A stretch of DNA of 33,302 nucleotides from Folioceros fuciformis (taxonomy: Eukaryota): the NCBI GenBank assembly GCA_049999805.1, contig JBNGIO010006415.1:128529-161830 (forward strand). The letters are read 5' to 3'. Every line of letters begins with the position of its first letter. Positions within the stretch are counted from its first letter, which is position 1. Position numbers and translations under genes: made by a program. Shown here piece after piece: positions 10,296-18,575 of the stretch. Under the pieces are notes generated by a model. That model ran no database searches. It was not told the DNA's origin and worked only from the letters and a program-made list of their open reading frames with translations.

Positions 10296-13200
10296 ATGAT
10301 CATGGCTACGAAATTCATCGTCAGCGCACGACGGGGCCTTTTCTGGCACCAGCTTCTCTGGACAATTGCTCCAGGATATGCTCCAGCTTGTCAAGGGAAC
10401 CACATTGTGAGAAGCAGGAGGCTGGCAACAAGCTCAGCGCGGCCAGTTGCTATAAAAAGACCTTCCAGCAAGAGAGGCAGGCAGGAGCTCTTGTGGAGAA
10501 AATGTTTTGCGGATCAGACCCTCTGGTTTGACAGTAGACAGGATGAGAAAAGATTCCGTCCCCCCCAGTTCCGGCAGAAGGAGTCCCGCGACGTATTCTG
10601 GCTTGACAATATCGACAAATCAGCGAAGCTATCTCCTCTCGATTTACAGATAGGTCGTCGTGCCCCTAATTCCTGCTCTAGCTTACCGGTTGATTCTGGT
10701 TTCCGTCCTGCTGGATGCGGACGACGCGTTACGGCTGAAACAGTGACGAAGCTTTGTCAGCAGGGGCGGGTGGCTGAGGCTGTGGAGGCTTTGGGAGTCC
10801 TGGTGCGGTCAGGCAGTAGCATTTCCATCCCCTTATTTTATACTGTCCTGAAGAAGTGTGTGGCCGAGAAGGATTTTGGTCTGGGACGCCGAGTGCATGC
10901 TTTCTCGGTGGAAAAGGGGTATCAAACGGACACGTTTCTGGGCACACACATCTTGCGCATGTATGCTCATCATGGCAGGTTGCGGGACGCTATGAAAGTG
11001 TTTGCGGAGGTTGACAAACCAGATGCCTTCATGTGGTCTGCCATCATCACTGCGCATGTCAAGCAAGGTCAAGCTGAGAAGGCCATACAGCTGTATCATC
11101 AGATGTGCAGGTCAAGTGTGAAACCAGATGGCCACGTGTTTGTAGCAGTCCTGCAGGCTTGTGCCAGGATAGCGGACTTGAGGACTGGGCAACATGTGCA
11201 TGCCGATGTGTTGGCCAGTGGGGCTGTGCCTCATTTGTTTGTAAGTAGTTGCTTGGTGGACATGTATGCGAAGTGTGGAAGTTTGGAAGAAGCTAGACGG
11301 GTGTTTGATGGGCTTGATCAGAAAGATGTTGTGACGTGGAATTCTATGATTGCTGGGTATTCCCAGCAAGGGCATGGTCGAGAGGCTCTTCGTCTGTACA
11401 GTGCTATGCGAGCAGGTCGGAATCCTGCGCCTACTTCTGTGACATTTGTGTCCCTGCTGCAAGCGTGTGCTAGTGTGGGTCCTGAAGCTTTGAAGAAAGG
11501 GAAGCAGCTCCATGCAGAGATTAGAAGGCTAGGAGTTGGGGCTGATATGGTTGTAAGTTGCAGCTTGGTGAACATGTATGCGAAGTGTGGAAGTCTAGAG
11601 GATGCCCAGAGTGTGTTTGATGGACTTGATGAAAAGGATGTGGTCACATGGAATGCCATGATAGCAGGATATTCTCAGCAGGGTATGGCTCAGCAAGCTC
11701 TTCATCTCTACAGTACCATGCAAAAAGTGGGCCTCGCTGAACCCGATCCTGTCACTTTTGTGTGTCTCCTGCAGGCGTGTGCTAGTGTGGGTACCTCGGC
11801 TTTGGACAAGGGGAAGCAGCTTCACACACGAATAAAAGAGCGAGGACTCCATGACGATGTGTTTGTTGCCAACGGTTTGGTCAACATGTATGCGAAGTGT
11901 GGCAGCCTAGAGGATGCTCGGACCGTGTTTGAAGGACTTGGTCAAAAGGACGTGGTGACGTGGACGTCTCTGATAGTTGGATACTCCCTGCAGGGGCTGG
12001 GTAGCGAGGCCCTTCACTTGTATAGTGCAATGCGAGAAGAAGGCATTTCTACACCCGACTCTGTGGCATTTCTGTGCCTCTTGCAGGCATGTGCGATTGC
12101 AGGCACTCCAGCTTTGGAGAACGGAAAGCAGTTGCATGCTGAGATTGTAGGACAAGGACTTCAAGCCGATGCATTTGTAGCCAACGGTTTGGTGAACATG
12201 TATGCAAAGTGTGGCAGCCTAGAGGATGCACAGAAAGTCTTTGACCAACTTGGTCAAAAAGATGTTGTGACTTGGACTGCTCTCATAGCAGGTTACTCTC
12301 AACAGGGCATGGGGCACGAATCCCTTCGTGTGCACAGTGCCATGCGGGAGGAAGGGTTTGCTCCACCTGATGGTGTGACATATGTGTGCCTCCTGCATGC
12401 ATGTGCAAATGTGGCCGCTTTGCATGTGGGAAGGCAGCTTCATGCTGAGATTCAAGAACAAGGACTTGAAGCTGATGTTTTTGTAGCTGTGAGTTTGATA
12501 AATATGTATTCTAAGTGTGGCAGCATGGTTCATGCAGTGCAGGTGTTTGATGCATTGCTTGAAAGAGACATCGTCGCTTGGAACACGCTTATTGCTGGAT
12601 ACGCCCGTCAAGGAGACAGCGAAGCGGTATTTGACTTGGTTCACAGAATGGCCAAGGATGGTGTAGAGCCAGATGGGGTCACATTTCTTAGTCTTCTGAC
12701 TGTGTGCAGTCATGTTGGTCTAGTAGATAAGGGGAGAGAATACTTTTACGCAATGCAATGTCGGTATGGCATAACTCCAACAGCGGAGCACTACTCGTGC
12801 ATGGTGGATTTCCTGGGTCGTGCAGGCCAACTTGATGACGCCCTAGCGGTGGTGAGAAAAATGCCTGTACTTCCTCTTGCTGGAGTTTGGCGCAGTCTAT
12901 TGGCTGCTTGTCAAAAGTGGAGCAACGTGGAAGTGGGTCGCCACGCGTTTGATGAAGCTGTGAAGCTAGACGAAAAGGATGCTGCAGCCTATGTCTTGAT
13001 GTCAAACATATACGTTCGTGCTGAGATGTGGGAGGAGGCACAAGAAATGCAGTTGAGGAGAAAAGCTATCGGGGCATGGAAGCAACCGGGTCAAAGCTGG
13101 TGGACAGACATGGATGGTTTAGCGCATACTTTTGTGGTTGGGGATGTACAGCATGCCGAGGTCGATGGCATCTATACAAGGCTCGCAGAGCTTCTTGTCC

Positions 13201-13343
13201 AAATGAAGAAGGATGGATACTTGCCCGACTATGTCCCACAACGTCTTGTGTGCCTGGAAGCCACAGAGTCGGCAGAACACCATGACACTGCGTCATCTTC
13301 CAGCCGGGATAATCTTCATGATGAGCGCATCAAGAGATCGTGA
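10296..13343 (+). CDS. PLS-class PPR protein 2 (E1-E2-E+ with WW-type PG box, DYW absent)
   Basis: 1015-aa intronless ORF with a long Arg-rich N-terminal extension, 4 P-L-S triplets, P2-L2-S2, E1, E2 and WKQPGQSWWTDMDGLAHTFVVGD..IYTRLAELLVQMKKDGYLPD, then an unrelated tail. No HSE/CxxC. Confidence 0.93.
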   Translation: MIMATKFIVSARRGLFWHQLLWTIAPGYAPACQGNHIVRSRRLATSSARPVAIKRPSSKRGRQELLWRKCFADQTLWFDSRQDEKRFRPPQFRQKESRDVFWLDNIDKSAKLSPLDLQIGRRAPNSCSSLPVDSGFRPAGCGRRVTAETVTKLCQQGRVAEAVEALGVLVRSGSSISIPLFYTVLKKCVAEKDFGLGRRVHAFSVEKGYQTDTFLGTHILRMYAHHGRLRDAMKVFAEVDKPDAFMWSAIITAHVKQGQAEKAIQLYHQMCRSSVKPDGHVFVAVLQACARIADLRTGQHVHADVLASGAVPHLFVSSCLVDMYAKCGSLEEARRVFDGLDQKDVVTWNSMIAGYSQQGHGREALRLYSAMRAGRNPAPTSVTFVSLLQACASVGPEALKKGKQLHAEIRRLGVGADMVVSCSLVNMYAKCGSLEDAQSVFDGLDEKDVVTWNAMIAGYSQQGMAQQALHLYSTMQKVGLAEPDPVTFVCLLQACASVGTSALDKGKQLHTRIKERGLHDDVFVANGLVNMYAKCGSLEDARTVFEGLGQKDVVTWTSLIVGYSLQGLGSEALHLYSAMREEGISTPDSVAFLCLLQACAIAGTPALENGKQLHAEIVGQGLQADAFVANGLVNMYAKCGSLEDAQKVFDQLGQKDVVTWTALIAGYSQQGMGHESLRVHSAMREEGFAPPDGVTYVCLLHACANVAALHVGRQLHAEIQEQGLEADVFVAVSLINMYSKCGSMVHAVQVFDALLERDIVAWNTLIAGYARQGDSEAVFDLVHRMAKDGVEPDGVTFLSLLTVCSHVGLVDKGREYFYAMQCRYGITPTAEHYSCMVDFLGRAGQLDDALAVVRKMPVLPLAGVWRSLLAACQKWSNVEVGRHAFDEAVKLDEKDAAAYVLMSNIYVRAEMWEEAQEMQLRRKAIGAWKQPGQSWWTDMDGLAHTFVVGDVQHAEVDGIYTRLAELLVQMKKDGYLPDYVPQRLVCLEATESAEHHDTASSSSRDNLHDERIKRS

Positions 13344-13916
13344 CAAGTTCCAAAATTTACAAGACTGCATATCGCCGCCAGCACAGCTTGGATCTCGCTA
13401 AGGAAACGGCAGAGCATCTCCACTCATCCCCCACAGTTCACAGGCAGCCCGCAGTACGCCGGACAGATGAGGAAGGCGAAAAGCAAAGCCTATCAAAGAC
13501 GCGAGTAAAGGATGGTTTATCTCAGAATCGTTGCGCTTAGTTCCGACTGGTGAGGATCTCATACTGCTTTATAACTATGGTGCAACCACCGACATTACAT
13601 GCAACTTCCCTTGGCTCCCGGCCTTGGAGAACCTATCACTCGTGGGAGCGAAAAGAGTTTCAGATCCAGACGATGGATGTACAGCTCAATACTTGTCAGC
13701 TTAGGTTGGACAGGATCTTGCCAGTCAGAGTGCAACGGCGGTTGTGGAATCAGAGTCTCCACGTGTTCCTGTAGGAACGATGGCTGCGCTTCTGCACTTC
13801 TATCAGACAGAGGACAGCAAGGAGGAATCGTGGATGTCGCAGCTGTACTTTAGGAAGCCCCCGCTCGAGCGACTTCAATTTGGGAACCAGTGCAGAGGGC
13901 GGCGAAGCGTGGAGGA

Positions 13917-16900
13917 ATGGCAGCCTTGCAACAAGCCCAGATTCTGCAGGAAGCCTTCTTGTTGGAGAAGGATCTTCCAGCGAGGTGGGATCACCGGAAA
14001 CACGATGTGGTCACGCGTGTGAACAGCCCTTGCAAGTCAGCATGGGTGGATGCGATGCCGGGACATGTTGACGCGGGCAGCGCCACTGGATACGGAAGCA
14101 TTGTCACCGCTGCTTCAGTGAGGGAACTATGTCAGCAGGGGCAGCTCGATGAAGCGGTTGAGGCTCTAGAAATTCTGGTGCAGACTGGCAGTCGAATTTC
14201 CCAATCTCTGTTCTACACAGCCTTAAGGAATGTGGTCAAGAAGGATCTGGTGCTGGGTCGCCGTGTGCATGCTCTGACTGTGAAAAGAGGGTGTGAGTCC
14301 GACACGTACTTGTCCAACCACATTCTGCGAATGTATGCGTCGCATGGCAGGTTGCAGGAAGCGATGGACGTGTTCACCGCGGTTGCCAAACCAGATGCCT
14401 TCATGTGGTCTTCAATCATCTCTGCCCATGTCAAACATGGGCAAGCTGAGCAGGCCATACAGCTGTATCATAGGATGCGCAGTTCAAGTGTGGAGCCAGA
14501 TAGCCATGTGTTTGCAGCAGCCCTGCAGGCGTGTGGAAGGATGTCAGACTTGAGAACTGGGCAGCAGCTCCATGCTGATGTGTTGGCCAGTGGGTTTGAG
14601 CCGGATTCGTTTCTCCGTAGTGGCTTGGTGTACATGTATGCCAAATGCGGGAGCTTAGAAGACGCTCAACGGGTTTTTGACGGACTTGGCCAGAAAGATG
14701 TGGTAACGTGGACTGCCTTGATATCGGGATACTCGCAGCAGGGTAAGGGGCTGGAAGCCCTTCGTCTTTACAGTGCTATGCAGCAAGGAGGCATAGTGGC
14801 ACCTGATTCGGTGACATTTGTGTGTCTTTTACAAGCCTGTGCAAGTATCGGCGCGTCAGCTTTGAATGAGGGAAAGCAGATTCATGCACAGATTAGAGGA
14901 CGATCTCTTCAAACCGATGTCGTCATCGTGAATAGTTTGATACACATGTACGGAAATTGTGGCAACATCGACAATGCGCAGCGTGTGTTTGACGATCTAA
15001 TCCAAAAAGATGTAGTCACATGGACCACTCTGATAGCTGGATACGCCCACCAGGGTTTGGGTTGGGAAGCCCTTCATCTGTACACTGCTATGCAAGAGGA
15101 AGGCATTGCGTCACCCAATTCTGTGACATTTGTGTGCCTCCTGCAGGCATGTGCAGTTGTGGGTTCCCCAGCATTGGACCAGGGAAAGCAGCTTCATGCA
15201 CAGATAGGACATCAGGGATTTCAGGTTGATATGGTTTTGGGCTGTAGCGTGGTAAACATGTATGCAAAGTGTGGGAGCCTAGAGGATGCCCAGAGAGTGT
15301 TCGACAAACTTAGTCAAAAGGATGTGGTGACATGGAATGCAATGATTGCAGGATATTCCCAGCAGAACATGGGCCAGAAAGCTCTACGTCTCTACAGTGC
15401 TATGCGAGAAGAAGGCGTTACTCAACCTAATTCTGTGACATTCGTATCTCTCCTCCAGGCTTGTGCAACCATGGGAAACTCAGCTCTGGCGAAAGGGAAG
15501 CAGCTACATGCTGAGATTCAGGAACAAGGGCTGCAAGGTGATGTATTTGTAGCAAATACATTGGTGTACATGTATGCACAGTGCGGCAGCCAAAACGATG
15601 CCAAAACCATCTTTGGCCAACTGGTCCAAAAGGATGTAGTTACGTGGAATGCCATGATCGCTGGATATTACCAGCAGGGAATGGGTCTGGAAGCCCTTCA
15701 TCTTTACCGTATCATGAGAAATGAAGGCGTTGCTTTGCCTGATTCTGTGACATTTGTCTGCCTTCTGCAGGCATGTGCAAGCATTGGTGCCATTGCTTTG
15801 GTTGAGGGGAAGCAGCTTCATGCTCAGATTAAACAACAAGGTCTTGAAGCTGACGTGCGCGTAGCCAACTGTTTAGTGAACATGTATGCAAAGTGTGGCA
15901 GCCTAGATTGTGCTCAGAACGTCTTTGATAAACTTGCCCGAAAAGATGTGGTGACATGGACTTGTCTGATAGGAGGATACTCACAGCAAAGAATGGGTGA
16001 GGAAGTTCTTGATATCTACTATGCAATGGAGCAAGAAGCCATTGCTGTACCTGATGCTGTGACATTTGTATCCCTTTTGCACGCATGTGCAAGTGTGGGT
16101 CCTTCGGCTTTGGAGAAGGGCAAGCGTCTTCATGCTGAAATAGAACGACAGGGCCTTCAAGACGAGATGCTTGTTGCCAACACTTTGGTACACATGTATG
16201 CAACCTGTGGCAGCCTAGTGGATGCGCATTGCGTTTTTGACAGACTTAGTGTGAAGGATGTGGTAACGTGGACGAGTCTGTTGGCAGGATATTCCCAGCA
16301 TGGCATGTGTCAGGAAGCCCTAAGTCTATATGGTGCCATGCAAGAAGAAGGCATCACTCCACCGGATTCTGTGACATTCGTCTGCCTCCTGCAGGCATGT
16401 GCAAGTGTGGCAGCGTTAAATCCAGGAAGGCAGCTTCATGCTGAGATTGAAAAACAAGGACTTCAAGGCAATGTGTTGGTAGCAGTCAGTCTGCTAAACA
16501 TGTATGCACATTGCGGGAGCATGGGTGAGGCACAGAGGGTGTTTGATGCACTGCCTGAAAGAGACATAGACGCCTGGAATGCCCTGATTGCAGGATACAC
16601 TCGTCAAGGAGATTGTGAACTCGTCTTTGACTTGGTTCACAGGATGAGACAGGATGGCTTACAACCAGACGGCGTCACCCTCCTCAGCGTCTTAACAGTT
16701 TGCAGTCATGCAGGGCTAACGGAGAAGGGGCGTGAGTACTTTGAAGCTATGAGTACACAGTATGGCATACCCACCACCCTGGAGCACCAGGCATGCCTGG
16801 TGGATCTACTTGGTCGTGCAGGCCAACTTGACGAGGCACTGGCGGTGGCAAGGGCAATTCCTGCAGTTCCTCCTGCTGGAGTTTGGCGCAGTCTATTGTG

Positions 16901-17162
16901 TGCCTGTCAGAAGTGGAGCAACATTAAGGTTGCATCGCATGTGTTTAAGGAGGCAATGCAGGCAGACAAACAAGATGCCACAGCATATGTGTTAATGTCC
17001 AACATATACACTGGTGCTAAGATGTGGCCGGAGGCACAGGAGATGCAAGCAAGAAGAATAAGAAATGGCGCACGGAAGCAACCGGGACAGACCTGGTGGA
17101 CGGACATGGATTGGCGGGTGCATAGTTTTGTGGTTGGCGATCTAAAACATCCGGAAAATTAA
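13917..17162 (+). CDS. PLS-class PPR protein 3 (E1-E2 plus WW-type PG box, stop inside E+)
   Basis: ORF 13890..17162, first ATG at 13917. 6 P-L-S triplets, P2-L2-S2, E1, E2, RKQPGQTWWTDMDWRVHSFVVGDLKHPEN*. Confidence 0.92.
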   Translation: MAALQQAQILQEAFLLEKDLPARWDHRKHDVVTRVNSPCKSAWVDAMPGHVDAGSATGYGSIVTAASVRELCQQGQLDEAVEALEILVQTGSRISQSLFYTALRNVVKKDLVLGRRVHALTVKRGCESDTYLSNHILRMYASHGRLQEAMDVFTAVAKPDAFMWSSIISAHVKHGQAEQAIQLYHRMRSSSVEPDSHVFAAALQACGRMSDLRTGQQLHADVLASGFEPDSFLRSGLVYMYAKCGSLEDAQRVFDGLGQKDVVTWTALISGYSQQGKGLEALRLYSAMQQGGIVAPDSVTFVCLLQACASIGASALNEGKQIHAQIRGRSLQTDVVIVNSLIHMYGNCGNIDNAQRVFDDLIQKDVVTWTTLIAGYAHQGLGWEALHLYTAMQEEGIASPNSVTFVCLLQACAVVGSPALDQGKQLHAQIGHQGFQVDMVLGCSVVNMYAKCGSLEDAQRVFDKLSQKDVVTWNAMIAGYSQQNMGQKALRLYSAMREEGVTQPNSVTFVSLLQACATMGNSALAKGKQLHAEIQEQGLQGDVFVANTLVYMYAQCGSQNDAKTIFGQLVQKDVVTWNAMIAGYYQQGMGLEALHLYRIMRNEGVALPDSVTFVCLLQACASIGAIALVEGKQLHAQIKQQGLEADVRVANCLVNMYAKCGSLDCAQNVFDKLARKDVVTWTCLIGGYSQQRMGEEVLDIYYAMEQEAIAVPDAVTFVSLLHACASVGPSALEKGKRLHAEIERQGLQDEMLVANTLVHMYATCGSLVDAHCVFDRLSVKDVVTWTSLLAGYSQHGMCQEALSLYGAMQEEGITPPDSVTFVCLLQACASVAALNPGRQLHAEIEKQGLQGNVLVAVSLLNMYAHCGSMGEAQRVFDALPERDIDAWNALIAGYTRQGDCELVFDLVHRMRQDGLQPDGVTLLSVLTVCSHAGLTEKGREYFEAMSTQYGIPTTLEHQACLVDLLGRAGQLDEALAVARAIPAVPPAGVWRSLLCACQKWSNIKVASHVFKEAMQADKQDATAYVLMSNIYTGAKMWPEAQEMQARRIRNGARKQPGQTWWTDMDWRVHSFVVGDLKHPEN

Positions 17163-17221
17163 GGCATATATGCAAGGCAGAGTTATCTTGTCCCGAGAAT
17201 GAAGAATGGTGTATCCTGCAC

Positions 17222-18170
17222 GTAGCAGAGGGCGGATCTGAGGAGGAGGAATGTCATATGTGTGGGTCCAGTGAGGACCACAGTATGTCATGCTACTGGG
17301 TCCACAGGCTTTCGCGTTCTTTGCCATCTTCCCGCATGAGCCTAGATTTTGTTAGCTCCGCTACCTTCTGCTGGCATTTGCGAAATTTGAAGTCGCCAAA
17401 TAGCAGAGGACATCTCTGACGAGGAGGTTATGATCTCTGTAGGTCCAGCGAGGCCCTGGGTACGTCATTGTATTGTGAGCCCACATGTTCTCGCGTTCGT
17501 TGCTATTTGCCTGCTTGAGCGTAGCTTCTATTGGCTACTCTACGGCTCAAAGATAGTGAAGAACGTCACAACGCGTGTCTCATAAATTTATCCTGAGCCA
17601 GGCTTCTGCATTTTGATACAATTGGAGTTGGTATAGCAGAGGACGTATCTGAGGAGGAGGAATGTCCTCCCTGTGGGATCAGCAAGGGCCGGGCTATATT
17701 ATCCTATTTGTGGGTCCACGGTTTCGTGAGCGCTGCTATCTGCCCGTTTGAGCCCTGGCTTCTTCTGTTAACCACACTGGCAGATAATTGTGAGAACGTT
17801 TGTCCCATGGATCCCATTTTGAGCCAGGCGTTTGCTGGTATTCACTACAATTGCACGCGTTGTATCAGGAGCACGTATCTGAGGAGGTGGAATCTCTTTA
17901 GGTCCGGAGAGCGCGTGGGTGCAGTGTCCTATTTATGGGTCTACAAGTTTTCGCGCTTGTTTCCATCTCTCGACATGAGCCTAGCTTCTGGCAGCCACGC
18001 TTCTGCTGGCTGATGGTGAAGAGCGTGAGAATGACTGTATCATGAATCTGATCTTGAACCAGGCTTGTTTGTGTAGGTTTTTACTGCAATTGGATTCGTT
18101 TTAGCATAGGACATCCTGAGGACGAGGACCCAACTACACCACCTTATTCATGGGTCCACGTGATTTTGCT
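17222..18170 (+). repeat. Degenerate tandem array, ~180-240 bp unit, ~4.3 copies
   Basis: Anchor tagcagagg.c.(t)atctgaggagga at ~17222, 17401, 17634, 17864 and 18102. Shared internal motifs tgggtccac, tcgcg, atgagcctag, tgagccaggc and caattg recur in the same order. Confidence 0.8.
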
Positions 18171-18575
18171 CATGTTGGTATGTGCCTGCATGAGCTGAGC
18201 TTGTAGTAGCTCTGTTACTCCTGGTAGGTAGGAAAGAGTTTGAAAACGAGTGTGTTCCTTGACTCCGATCCTGAGGCAGGCTTCTGATGGCAGACTCCAC
18301 AGGACACGGACCCTTGTCTCATAAGGACATGTCGTGTAGAAGGGAATCGTCAAGCAGTGAAAGACGGAAGTCCCCAGTAAGGGAGCCGGCAGCATATATG
18401 GTTTATGTAAAAAAAAAAAGGAGAGAAAATCGTTTGTGCAAGTATTGGTGCACAACCCCACGGTCTACAAGCACCGTTTTCTTCAATCTTATGCATCTTG
18501 GCTGATCTGATAGTGTTAGTTTGATGGTCACGCCCAGACTAGGCTGTTTTGGAAGAAAGCCTGCAGGCTTGGCCG

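Noticed and set aside
13213-13401. Possible frameshifted DYW tail after PPR2 (RDRDKFQNLQDC vs RDxxRFHHFKDG)
   Set aside because: Similarity is too weak. I found no HSE, CxxC or terminal DYW-like motif.
2308-17107. Many antisense and alternate-frame ORFs over the PPR genes
   Set aside because: Shadow ORFs produced by the repetitive PPR codon pattern, with no independent motifs.
17556-17652. C/D snoRNA cluster interpretation of the tandem array (GTGAAGA...CTGA)
   Set aside because: The box C-like motif and putative guide are not conserved between copies. An Rfam or snoscan search would be needed to exclude it fully.
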